Shown here piece by piece: positions 47,000 to 56,121 of a DNA stretch of 64,000 nt. Position 1 is the first letter of the stretch. The number at the start of each line of letters is the position of its first letter. Position numbers and translations under genes: made by a program. Origin of the DNA: an uncultured Phycisphaerales bacterium (GTDB lineage: Bacteria > Planctomycetota > Phycisphaerae > Sedimentisphaerales > Anaerobacaceae); the NCBI GenBank assembly GCA_963718665.1, contig OY970359.1:2272001-2336000 (forward strand). The letters are read 5' to 3'. The notes beneath the pieces are model-generated. The model made no database searches. It was not told where the DNA came from and saw only the letters and a program-made list of their open reading frames with translations.

Positions 47000-48094
47000 A
47001 TGCTCAAAAAGATTACAATGGAAGATTTGGGGTACGATATTTTTTTTGAATCCAACCGCAAAAAATTGGGACTGGATAATTTTGATGTTGCCCGCGTTAT
47101 TGTTGAACACAGAGAAGCTTACAAAATTAAGAACGCAAACGGCGAATATTTGGCGAAAATAACCGGTAGCCTGCTGTTCAGCGCTTCGTCGCGAGAAGAT
47201 TACCCGGCAGTGGGAGATTGGGTGGCAGCGACCATCCTGGACCCGGAACATGCCGCAATCCATAACATACTGCCGAGAAAGACAATAATAAAAAGAAAGC
47301 GCACTAATAAAAGCCGGACCGGCGGAAGAGACGAGATACAAATCATAGCGACAAATATTGATGTTGCATTTATCACTGAGTCGATTGGCAGGGACTTCAA
47401 TCTCAATCGTTTTGAAAGATATTTCGCCATAGCGAAAGATGGAGGAGTGAAACCGGTTATAATCTTAAACAAAATAGATTTGATTTCCAATGAACAGCTC
47501 TGTTCAAAATTGACAGAGATAAAAAACAGATTTAATGAAGTTGAAATTGTCCCCGCCAGTTCCGTAAACGAAGAAGGTCTCGGAGAATTAAAAAATTATA
47601 TAGAAAAAGGAAAAACTTACTGCTTTCTTGGTTCCAGCGGAGTGGGAAAATCCTCTTTGATAAACAAACTGCTTGGCGAAGACATTATAAAAACTAAAAG
47701 CATAAATCTCCGCTCAGGCCGGGGCAGGCACGTCACTACAGCCAGACAAATGTATTTTTTGGCCAATGGTGGCATTGTTATAGATAATCCGGGAATGCGA
47801 GAGGTAGCAATGACGGATGCCGGTGCCGGCATAGACGGCCTGTTTGATGAAATAACCGCTTTGGCCAATGAATGCAAATATGCTGATTGCACACATGTAA
47901 ACCAGCCGGGTTGCGCAGTTTTAGAGGCATTAAAATCAGGCAACCTGGATGCGGAAAAATATTCGAACTATATCAATCTGAAAAAGCAAGCCCGGTATTA
48001 TGAAATGAACGAGCTTGAGAAGAGAGAAAAGGACCGCAAATTCGGAAAATTTGTGAAAAAGGCAAAACAGCAGGTAAAAAAATATAAGTATTAA
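47000..48094 (+). CDS. rsgA: ribosome small subunit-dependent GTPase A
   Basis: PAVGDWV, NKID, GSSGVGKSS, GRHVTT, IDNPGMRE, C-x4-C-x-H-x5-C Zn motif. Confidence 0.95.
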   Translation: MLKKITMEDLGYDIFFESNRKKLGLDNFDVARVIVEHREAYKIKNANGEYLAKITGSLLFSASSREDYPAVGDWVAATILDPEHAAIHNILPRKTIIKRKRTNKSRTGGRDEIQIIATNIDVAFITESIGRDFNLNRFERYFAIAKDGGVKPVIILNKIDLISNEQLCSKLTEIKNRFNEVEIVPASSVNEEGLGELKNYIEKGKTYCFLGSSGVGKSSLINKLLGEDIIKTKSINLRSGRGRHVTTARQMYFLANGGIVIDNPGMREVAMTDAGAGIDGLFDEITALANECKYADCTHVNQPGCAVLEALKSGNLDAEKYSNYINLKKQARYYEMNELEKREKDRKFGKFVKKAKQQVKKYKY

Positions 48095-48130
48095 TATCCT
48101 CAAGTAAAAAAAATAAGTATTAATATCCTC
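48074..48130 (+). repeat. tandem duplication of the rsgA 3' end
   Basis: GTAAAAAAA(T)ATAAGTATTAATATCCTC twice; exact 18-bp core at 48084-48101 and 48113-48130. Confidence 0.9.
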
Positions 48131-48179
48131 TTTGCTCTTTGCTTTGAAAAACTTCCCTTCCTCATCCCCGATAATCAAC

Positions 48180-48241
48180 CCTTAGAAATTTCGTCGAAAT
48201 TTCAAGGACCTGGTCCCGGAAATCTTTCAGATTTCTCGGGA
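48180..48241. repeat. pair of related REP-like hairpins
   Basis: CCTT.GAAATTTCG-T-CGAAATTTC.AAGG and TCCCG.GAAATCT-TTC-AGATTTC.T.CGGGA. Confidence 0.7.
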
Positions 48242-48356
48242 TTATCAATAATCAATCATCAATGAGTTAATCTGGGCAACTTGCCCCATCGACCGATACA
48301 CACAAAAACGAGGGGCAACAAGGGGCAAGTATCGTTTTCAGTGTAATAATGAGGAT

Positions 48357-49181
48357 TTAGAAGCCGCGGAGGGTGGTGCTTTGTCGTCTGGGCAGGCCGG
48401 GTTTGGGCAGACGTTTTAAAATGACGTATTCGATTCCATTTGCTTTGCAGAAGTCGCGTTTTTCAGGTCTGTCGCCATCTTCGTTGACCGCGTAAATATC
48501 CGGCTTGATTCGGCGAATTTCGGGTTCCGCGTCCAGCCAGCCGTCGCTGGTGGAAATTAAGGACTGCTTGACGTATTTGATTGACTGGACAACAAACCAT
48601 CTTTGCAGTTGCGAGAACATCGGATGTCCCTCACCTTTGTAAGCCCTGATGGTTTTATCGTTACCGACGGTAACATAGAGGTCGCCCAATTCGGATACTT
48701 CCTCGAAGAATCGCACGTGGCCCGAGTGAAACCAGTCGTAACAGCCGGTAACAATAACTTTCTTTCGGGAGGGAACTGTTTTCTGTAAATCAGGGGCATA
48801 ATCAGGAAATATGCTAAGAAGATTGTTTTTCAGGACTTGATATTTAATGTTGTTGGCTTGGCAAAATGTTTTTTTCTCAACACAGTCATTTTGCTCGTCC
48901 ACGGCCCAAATCTCTGGTTTGAATCCCGATGTTTTCGGAAGGGCATCCGGATTAACATCGTTGCATACTATTACCTTATGGATATAGCGAATTGAATCGA
49001 GCAGATATAGCCGTTCTTCCTGCGGGAATTTTGGCGGTTTGCCTGTTATTTTTACTATCGCATCGTCGGACCAGAGCAGGGCAAACACATTGCCGAGTTT
49101 TGCTGTTTCCTCGAAAAACCTGAAATTGGTCGGCCTGAGGTCGTCAAATGCGCCGCAGACAGCTACGGTATAGGTTGTCAT
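48357..49181 (-). CDS. tandem-domain cytidylyl/adenylyltransferase-family protein
   Basis: Domain 2 GCYDWFHSGH.RFFEE (HxGH); domain 1 GAFDDLRPTNFRFFEE (degenerate); ATGA overlap with the upstream gene. Confidence 0.85.
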   Translation of the reverse strand: MTTYTVAVCGAFDDLRPTNFRFFEETAKLGNVFALLWSDDAIVKITGKPPKFPQEERLYLLDSIRYIHKVIVCNDVNPDALPKTSGFKPEIWAVDEQNDCVEKKTFCQANNIKYQVLKNNLLSIFPDYAPDLQKTVPSRKKVIVTGCYDWFHSGHVRFFEEVSELGDLYVTVGNDKTIRAYKGEGHPMFSQLQRWFVVQSIKYVKQSLISTSDGWLDAEPEIRRIKPDIYAVNEDGDRPEKRDFCKANGIEYVILKRLPKPGLPRRQSTTLRGF

Positions 49182-49978
49182 TTTGCCACTCTTACGGTAG
49201 CGTGAAACGCTCCCGGCACCGGCTCTTCTGAAATTACGTAGAGATAACCGCCGCCGCAGCCAGAACACATCGCACCGGCGTACTTGTGCTGATAAAAATC
49301 AAGCAGTTCCAGAAGGTCAAGGGTCAAAACTGGATGCTTGAAATTCTGCGGCAGAAGTATCTCCCAGCATCGCATATTTTCGTTCAGCGATTCGCCGAGA
49401 CCTTTTATATCCATTCTGGTAATCGCGTCAAAACAATCCTTTCCGGCCTGCCCGAGCCGGGAAACCCATTTTGGGTCGAGGTTTTTCACGCCGAGGGGAT
49501 TATAACCTTCAGGCCGGGGCATAACTGTCAGGATATGAATGACCCGCGAGAGCCACTGTGCGATTTCGGGGTTGTTGTTGGATTCTATATGGCAGGGGAA
49601 TATGCCCCCCTCATAATTGAAGTCGTAATCCAGCCGGTTTATGCCGGGATAAATCAAACCAATCATATCCTGCGAGCCGGAGGGTTCTGTCTTACCCTTG
49701 TTTTCCGCATTGTAAAGTTCCTGGACCAGCTTAGCCGGGTTGCCATCCGGTACGACATCACCCCACAATTTCAGCGCGACCGACCGTGTGCTGCTGCAGA
49801 TGCCGGCCCTGTCCATAAAACGGAACTCCGGCTCAATATTGACCACCACCATCGACCCCGGAGGTGACGGGTTGTGTTTCGAGACGAAGGGCTGGTCAAT
49901 CCATCCGCCCGCCAGTGCGAGGCGGTATGGTATCCTGCCTATGAGGTCGGTTATATGAGGTTCCTGTTGTCTTGTCAT
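49178..49978 (-). CDS. GHMP-superfamily sugar kinase-like protein
   Basis: PYRLALAGGWIDQP, RAGICSST, SGSQD, SGCGGGY; TGATG overlap with the upstream gene. Confidence 0.78.
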   Translation of the reverse strand: MTRQQEPHITDLIGRIPYRLALAGGWIDQPFVSKHNPSPPGSMVVVNIEPEFRFMDRAGICSSTRSVALKLWGDVVPDGNPAKLVQELYNAENKGKTEPSGSQDMIGLIYPGINRLDYDFNYEGGIFPCHIESNNNPEIAQWLSRVIHILTVMPRPEGYNPLGVKNLDPKWVSRLGQAGKDCFDAITRMDIKGLGESLNENMRCWEILLPQNFKHPVLTLDLLELLDFYQHKYAGAMCSGCGGGYLYVISEEPVPGAFHATVRVAK

Positions 49979-51024
49979 CAGATAACAATTTGTCTGCCTG
50001 CTTTTCGGGCCATATACTGTTGCTCTATCCACTTATATGTCGCCTTTAGGCCATCTCGCAGTGTAGCGTCCGGTTCCCAGTTCAGAATTTTTCTAATCAT
50101 CCTGTTATCGCTGTTTCTGCCTGCCACGCCTTTGGGTGCGTCCAAATCGTACTCGCGTTTTAGTTTAACGCCGCCGATTTCTTCGACAATACTCACTAAT
50201 TTGTTGATGGAGACCAGCTCATGCGAGCCGAGATTGATAGGGGTGGCGATTAGGTCTTCACAGTGCATAATCATATCGATGCCCTTGGTGCAGTTATCGA
50301 TAAACATAAAGCTGCGGGTCTGTTTGCCATCGCCCCAGATTGTAATTGTTTCGTTACCTGTATCTTTTGCCTCGATCACCTTACGGCACATAGCGGCTGG
50401 CGCCTTTTCGCGTCCGCCATCCCATGTGCCGAATGGGCCATATACGTTGTGGAATCGGGCGATGAACGTCTTGAGGCCTCTTTGGGCCCAGTATTCCTGG
50501 CAAAACATCTCGGACATAAGTTTTTCCCAGCCATAACCCCTTTCCGCCATAGCTGGATAGGCGTCCGATTCCTTCAATGCTCTGACTTTGGGGTCTTTTT
50601 GCAGGTCGGTGTTATATGCGCAGGCGGAAGAGGAGAAGAAATACCGTTTTGCTCCTGCCCGCCATGCTGACTCAATCATATGTGTGTTGATGAGAATACT
50701 GCGCAGGCATTCGATTCTGAATCGCTCGATAAACCCCATGCCGCCCATATCCGCGGCGAGGTTATATACTTCGACCGCGCCCTCGCAGGCTTTTTTGCAG
50801 TTGGCCTCTATGCTCAGATCCATACAAAGACATTCCACGCCGGGGACGCGTTGGTACCATTCTGGCAATGGTTTCTTGTCTATCGCGCGAATCCGGGTGA
50901 ACCCGCGGTCGTGGAAATATCTCGCCAAAGAGCCGGCGATAAAACCGCCTGCGCCACCTATTACAATCAAATCATCTTTTTTCAGTTCCGAACTAATAGC
51001 ACTCTTTTTGGGCATAGTAATCAT
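49978..51024 (-). CDS. NAD-dependent epimerase, GDP-mannose 3,5-epimerase-like
   Basis: GAGGFIA, NLAADMGGMGFI, SSSACAY, YGWEK, RFHNVYGP.GTW.GGREKAPAA.CRK, GRNSDN. Confidence 0.9.
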   Translation of the reverse strand: MITMPKKSAISSELKKDDLIVIGGAGGFIAGSLARYFHDRGFTRIRAIDKKPLPEWYQRVPGVECLCMDLSIEANCKKACEGAVEVYNLAADMGGMGFIERFRIECLRSILINTHMIESAWRAGAKRYFFSSSACAYNTDLQKDPKVRALKESDAYPAMAERGYGWEKLMSEMFCQEYWAQRGLKTFIARFHNVYGPFGTWDGGREKAPAAMCRKVIEAKDTGNETITIWGDGKQTRSFMFIDNCTKGIDMIMHCEDLIATPINLGSHELVSINKLVSIVEEIGGVKLKREYDLDAPKGVAGRNSDNRMIRKILNWEPDATLRDGLKATYKWIEQQYMARKAGRQIVI

Positions 51025-52625
51025 CTCTTTTCTGGTTGGATTCTAACGAGGATTACGCCATGGGGTCGAACCATTGCCTCGAAACTGTCGCTGTATATGC
51101 CGATATTCTTTTGCCTCCAGAGGTCGCGGACGCCCTGATTGCCGGTTACGCCAAGCTGCTGCCAGGTTATTTTGACGGCGTTCGGCTCTTCACCTGTATT
51201 GAAAAGTCCTACTGCTTTTGAGCCGTCTTCAAGGTCTTTGGCCAATACCTGGATTGTGCCCGTTGCGTAGATTTGTTTTGCCATTTTGCCGAGTGGGTCC
51301 TGATTAATCGCGAGCACCTCATCGTTGGTAAGCAGGTTCAGCGTGAAGCTGTCGAGCTGGTCTAAGGGGCAACCCAGCAGCAGGGGGGCAGACCATAAGC
51401 ACCAAAGCGATATATGCGTGTATTGTTCGTCGGGGGTCAGTTTGGTGGGATGGGGCGTTCCCCAGCCGACCTTGCCGACGACCAGCATATCCGCGTCGTT
51501 CCAGTGCCCTGGGCCGTTAAAGGATGCCCATTTTTCGTGCTGTTTCCAGATGTCAAATACGCCTTGCGCCCACTGACTTTCGCCTGGGGGTAGCTGAGTT
51601 TTACTCCAGATGTCGCGAATATCGCCAGTGGTTCGCCAGCAGTTGGCTAATTTTACCCACGTTGCCGCTTTATTGAACGGTGCGCTATTGGAAAGCGAAT
51701 AGACGATATCACGCCCGCTTGCGCGAAGGGCGTTGGCCATACGTTTTGTGTTTATCTCATCGTTGGGATTCCAGTCATATTTGAGATAATCGATTCCCCA
51801 CGCTGCCCACTGGTCGGCGTCGTTTGAATCGAAGGCGAATTTTCCCACGCGGTGGTTCTTTTTGGAATAGTTTTCATAACCCTCGATTTTTTCCCAGGAG
51901 CCGTCCTCATTATCGCTGGAACCGCCTACATAGCCGCCGTATGTGGTTATCCAGGGTGTCGAGTAAATGCCGGATTTCAGGCCCAGTGAGTGGATGTAGT
52001 CGCAAAGTCCCTTCATATCCGGGAATTTTTTGTTTGGCTGTATGGCGTTTAATTGTCCGCCTCGGCTTCCCTCCCAAGTGTCGTCGATATTGATATAGGT
52101 CCAGCCGTGGTTGACGAGTCCGCTGTCAATCATCGCCTTTGCGGATGCGCGGACGTTTTTATCTGAGACCTGGGCTGCCCAGCAGTTCCAGCTGTTCCAG
52201 CCCATAGGGGGGGTCATGGCAATACTGTCGCCGCCGACAATTTTGAATTCCCTTGTTGCGACGGCGAGGGTATTTTGTGCCTTGAGTGTTACGTTATAAG
52301 TTCCCGGCGTTGTCAGCGTGCCGGTTATCAGGCCGGTGCTGCTGTCGATTGTCAGTCCCGTCGGCAGGTTATCCGCGGCAAAGACAATCGGTCGCTGGCC
52401 TGTAGCAGGAACGATGAAAAGGAAAGGACTTCCGGGTCTGACGCCGAAAACCTTTGCGCCGTTTATTCTCGGCTCGTCGGAGACCTTGGGCGTAAGGACA
52501 TACCGTTCTGTTACGGGCAGCTTTAATTCCTTCGGCGAATATGTTTTCTGTTGGCTGGCCATATCACATCCGGAAATTAAAAGCAGGGCAGTAAGAACAT
52601 TGATTATCGCGATTTGTTTTCTCAT
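51021..52625 (-). CDS. GH27 alpha-galactosidase, lipoprotein with Ig-like domain
   Basis: LISGC lipobox, TPPMGWNSWN, NIDDTW, DYLKYDW, WRTTGDI, HWNDADML. Confidence 0.92.
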   Translation of the reverse strand: MRKQIAIINVLTALLLISGCDMASQQKTYSPKELKLPVTERYVLTPKVSDEPRINGAKVFGVRPGSPFLFIVPATGQRPIVFAADNLPTGLTIDSSTGLITGTLTTPGTYNVTLKAQNTLAVATREFKIVGGDSIAMTPPMGWNSWNCWAAQVSDKNVRASAKAMIDSGLVNHGWTYINIDDTWEGSRGGQLNAIQPNKKFPDMKGLCDYIHSLGLKSGIYSTPWITTYGGYVGGSSDNEDGSWEKIEGYENYSKKNHRVGKFAFDSNDADQWAAWGIDYLKYDWNPNDEINTKRMANALRASGRDIVYSLSNSAPFNKAATWVKLANCWRTTGDIRDIWSKTQLPPGESQWAQGVFDIWKQHEKWASFNGPGHWNDADMLVVGKVGWGTPHPTKLTPDEQYTHISLWCLWSAPLLLGCPLDQLDSFTLNLLTNDEVLAINQDPLGKMAKQIYATGTIQVLAKDLEDGSKAVGLFNTGEEPNAVKITWQQLGVTGNQGVRDLWRQKNIGIYSDSFEAMVRPHGVILVRIQPEKR

Positions 52626-52766
52626 AAGACCCGTCCTTTCTTATTCTTAAAACGACCATAAGCATTTGTTAATCGCCGCATAAGCGATTTCAAACTTTAA
52701 CTTATTGCGGGCCAGTTATCAAGGACAGAAAAATAGCGGCGGAGCGGGAAAAATATTGTAAAATTA

Positions 52767-52807
52767 TTGACGAACCATAGCTTATCCTATATCGTAGCTA
52801 CTACGAT
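52767..52807 (+). promoter_or_regulatory. promoter of the Fur/PerR gene with overlapping palindrome
   Basis: TTGACG-N17-TATCGT; ATCGTAG-CTA-CTACGAT overlaps the -10. Confidence 0.5.
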
Positions 52808-52878
52808 TCACGAGAAACAACCGGCTTCGGATTTTGGTACGAGAAAGGGCGTGCAGATAAAATGATAAGGGCACAAAA

Positions 52879-53382
52879 ATGACTTCGCAGCCAACAAAGA
52901 CGCGACGGTCGAGCCACAGGGATATGCTTGATTTGTTTATTCAGAACTGCCGTCGCAACGGACTTAAGATGACGCCCCAGAGGACGGCGGTTTACAAAAC
53001 GCTGATTAAGTCAAAGGAGCATCCGTCGACTGAAATGGTCTGGGGGCAGGTCAGGCGTTTGTTCCCGGGTATCTCGCTGGATACGGTGAATCGTACGCTT
53101 TTGACGCTTGCCGAAATCGGCTTGGCTTCGGTTGTGGAAGGTTCGGGCGACGTGCGTCGTTATGACGGCGACCTTGATAATCACCAGCACTTCAAATGCG
53201 TAAAATGTAAAAAAGTTTTCGACTTTCACTATGAACCGTTTGATGATATAAAAGTGCCAGCGAGTATTGCGGCGAAATTTAAGATATTAAGAAAGACGGT
53301 ATATCTGGAGGGCATTTGTAACTCCTGCGGGGGCAAATCCAGGTATAATCCTTTAGCCACGGGAAATGGTGACCACAAATGA
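52879..53382 (+). CDS. perR: Fur-family regulator, PerR-like
   Basis: TPQR, HPS, ISLDTV.RTL, HQHFKC..C, C..C; heads a peroxide-defence cluster. Confidence 0.8.
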   Translation: MTSQPTKTRRSSHRDMLDLFIQNCRRNGLKMTPQRTAVYKTLIKSKEHPSTEMVWGQVRRLFPGISLDTVNRTLLTLAEIGLASVVEGSGDVRRYDGDLDNHQHFKCVKCKKVFDFHYEPFDDIKVPASIAAKFKILRKTVYLEGICNSCGGKSRYNPLATGNGDHK

Positions 53383-53398
53383 AAGCGGATACGAATTT

Positions 53399-53491
53399 GC
53401 AGACGTTATATTGGACGGTTTTTATGAAGCAATGATCATGATGGAGCAGGGCGCTCAATTCGGAAAGATTGTTTTGAAAATGCAAACTTGA
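53399..53491 (+). pseudogene. remnant resembling the C-terminus of an MDR/quinone oxidoreductase
   Basis: Reads ..LDGFYEAMIMMEQGAQFGKIVLKMQT*; GKIVL is the typical MDR terminal strand. Confidence 0.45.
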
Positions 53492-53511
53492 TTAATTTTA
53501 GGAGAACATAA

Positions 53512-54084
53512 ATGAAGCTTAAAGGAACACAGACGGAGAAAAACCTTTTGACCGCATTCTCGGGTGAATCACAGGCGAGAAATCGTTATACCTATTTCGC
53601 GAGTCAGGCCAGGAAAGAGGGCTATGAGCAGATAGCGGCCATTTTCGAGGAGACCGCCAACCAGGAAAAAGAGCACGCAAAAAGGGAATTCAAATTTCTG
53701 GAAGGCGGCGAGGTTGAAATTACAGCAGCGTTTCCTGCTGGTGTTATAGGCAGCACGCCGGAAAACCTCAAGGAAGCGGCAGGCGGCGAGCATTATGAAA
53801 ATACAATTATGTACCCGGAGTTTGCCAAGACCGCGGAAAAGGAAGGATTCCCCGTGATAGCGAGTGTTTTCAAAAGCATTGCCATTGCGGAGAAGAGACA
53901 TGAGCGGCGTTACGTTGCGCTGGCCAAGAACATAGCCGATGGGGTTGTGTTCAAAAGGTCAAAGCCGGCCAGATGGGTTTGCAGGAATTGCGGATACGTT
54001 CACGAAGGGACTGAGGCGCCTGATACCTGCCCGGCCTGTGCGCATCCGAAGGCGCACTTTGAGCTTGAGGCGGTTAATTATTGA
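53512..54084 (+). CDS. rbr: rubrerythrin
   Basis: [25 protein letters not shown]-terminal CRNCGY...CPAC.HP. Confidence 0.96.
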   Translation: MKLKGTQTEKNLLTAFSGESQARNRYTYFASQARKEGYEQIAAIFEETANQEKEHAKREFKFLEGGEVEITAAFPAGVIGSTPENLKEAAGGEHYENTIMYPEFAKTAEKEGFPVIASVFKSIAIAEKRHERRYVALAKNIADGVVFKRSKPARWVCRNCGYVHEGTEAPDTCPACAHPKAHFELEAVNY

Positions 54085-54126
54085 AGGTATATAGGCAACC
54101 TCCCATCAGAAAATAGGAGATTTGCT

Positions 54127-54153
54127 TATAGTAACAGTTTTCTCGTTACTATA
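54127..54153. promoter_or_regulatory. perfect inverted repeat, candidate operator upstream of tpx
   Basis: TATAGTAAC-N9-GTTACTATA, adjacent to TTGCTT. Confidence 0.6.
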
Positions 54154-54250
54154 TTCTTATGGGTGAGGGGCAAAGAAGCGAGGCCAGGTTTGGTCCCGGT
54201 TTGGGGATGAAACCTGGCCGTATCCCAGCGGTATGTTGGAGTAGTAAATT

Positions 54251-54847
54251 ATGTTTAGAAGTTGGAAGGCAGTATCAGTATATGGATTGGTTGTATCAAT
54301 AGCGTTAATGTTTACAGGATGCAGGGAGAACATTATGGAAGAACGCAAAGGTTTGGTTACGATGAAGGGTAAGCCGGTTACCCTTGTCGGTCAGGCGGTA
54401 AAAGTAGGACAAAAAGCGCCCGATTTTGAAGTTACGGCAAACGATTTGTCGCCGGTTAAGTTTTCGTCTTTTGCCGGCAAGGTGTGTATCATCGCGTCGG
54501 TGCCTTCGCTGGACACATCGGTCTGCGATTTGGAGACCCGCAAGTTCAATGAAAAGGCGGCCGAGCTTGGCAGCGACATTGTGGTGCTGACAATCAGTAT
54601 GGATTTGCCTTTTGCGCAGAAGCGGTGGTGCGGTGCGGCAGGGATAAAAAATGTTCAGACCCTGTCGGACTATCGCGACGCCTCATTCGGCAATGCTTAC
54701 GGGGTGCTGATAAAGGATTTAAGATTGCTGGCAAGGGCGGTTTTCGTTGTTGATAAAAAAGGCATTGTGCGTTACCTTCAGATAGTGCCTGAGATTGCCA
54801 CTGAGCCGGATTACGATGCGGTGTTGAAGGCAGTCAAAGAGTTGTAA
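54251..54847 (+). CDS. tpx: thiol peroxidase (alternative start at 54335)
   Basis: VPSLDTSVC, SMDLPFAQ.RWC, LLARAVFV, EPDYD. Confidence 0.95.
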   Translation: MFRSWKAVSVYGLVVSIALMFTGCRENIMEERKGLVTMKGKPVTLVGQAVKVGQKAPDFEVTANDLSPVKFSSFAGKVCIIASVPSLDTSVCDLETRKFNEKAAELGSDIVVLTISMDLPFAQKRWCGAAGIKNVQTLSDYRDASFGNAYGVLIKDLRLLARAVFVVDKKGIVRYLQIVPEIATEPDYDAVLKAVKEL

Positions 54848-54873
54848 GGACAAAGCTAAAAGGATTTTGACTT

Positions 54874-56058
54874 ATGACCAACGAGATTAAACCAAATGTA
54901 TATGCGGTAGGGGCAATTGACTGGGACAGACGGCTGTTTGATGAATTGATTCCGCTGCCGGACGGGACAAGTTATAACGCCTACCTGATAAAGGGCAGCC
55001 AGAAAATCGCGCTGCTCGATACCGTTGACCCGCATAAAACACACGTTTTGCTGGATAATCTTGTCAGAGCGGGGGTGGAACGAATCGATTATGTTATCGC
55101 GCATCACGCTGAGCAGGACCATTCCGGCTCAATGCCCGACGTGCTGCTGCTTTACCCTGAAGCGAAAGTTGTTACCAACGCCAAGTGCAAAGCGATGCTG
55201 ATGGACCTTCTGCGTATAGAGGACGACAAATTCATCGTCGTCGAGGATGGGCAGGAATTGTCGCTGGGCGATAAGACGCTTAAGTTTATTTTTATCCCTT
55301 GGGTTCACTGGCCTGAGACGATGGGCACATATCTGGCGGAGGACAAAATACTTTTCCCATGTGATTTCTTCGGGTCTCATCTGGCGACGAGCAACTTGTT
55401 TGTTGAAGATGAGCCGATGGTTTATGAATGCGCGAAGCGGTATTACGCTGAAATTATGATGCCTTTCAGGACGCCGATAAAAAATAATCTCAAGAAGCTC
55501 GAAGCGTTTGACATTCAGATAATCGCGCCAAGTCACGGCCCTGTTTATCAAAGGCCTAAGTTTATAATCGATGCCTACAAGGACTGGGTCGGCGACGACG
55601 TTAAAAATGAAGTGATAGTGGCGTACGTCTCGATGCACGAAAGCACGCGGGAAATGGTTGAGCATTTAGTAGATGCGCTGGCCGAGCGTGGTATAAAGGT
55701 GCGGCAGTTTAACCTGACAGGTGTGGATATAGGCGAACTGGCGATGGCGCTTGTGGATGCGGCTACGGTAGTTATCGGTTCGCCGACGTTTCTTGTCGGC
55801 CCGCATCCCACGGCTGCGTATGCGACGATGCTGGCCAATGCGCTTCGACCGAAGACCCGATTTGTTTCGATTATCGGCTCTTTTGGCTGGGCAGGCAAAA
55901 TGGTTGAGCAATTGTCGGGTATGCTGGGTAATCTGAAGGTTGAAGTTATAGAGCCGGTGATAACAAAAGGTGTGGCTACGGATAAGGATTTCGTTTCCCT
56001 GGATCTGCTGGCGGATAAAATCGCCGCCAAACACAGGGAAATCGGAATTCTTAAATAG
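54874..56058 (+). CDS. fprA: flavodiiron protein (FprA)
   Basis: GTSYNAY, HAEQDHSG, HWPE, D.FG.H, PSHGP, flavodoxin domain. Confidence 0.95.
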   Translation: MTNEIKPNVYAVGAIDWDRRLFDELIPLPDGTSYNAYLIKGSQKIALLDTVDPHKTHVLLDNLVRAGVERIDYVIAHHAEQDHSGSMPDVLLLYPEAKVVTNAKCKAMLMDLLRIEDDKFIVVEDGQELSLGDKTLKFIFIPWVHWPETMGTYLAEDKILFPCDFFGSHLATSNLFVEDEPMVYECAKRYYAEIMMPFRTPIKNNLKKLEAFDIQIIAPSHGPVYQRPKFIIDAYKDWVGDDVKNEVIVAYVSMHESTREMVEHLVDALAERGIKVRQFNLTGVDIGELAMALVDAATVVIGSPTFLVGPHPTAAYATMLANALRPKTRFVSIIGSFGWAGKMVEQLSGMLGNLKVEVIEPVITKGVATDKDFVSLDLLADKIAAKHREIGILK

Positions 56059-56121
56059 TTGTTAATGGTTGGGCGAAAAACTGGAAAAAGCCAACTCATT
56101 TTGATATGAAAGGGGCTTACA

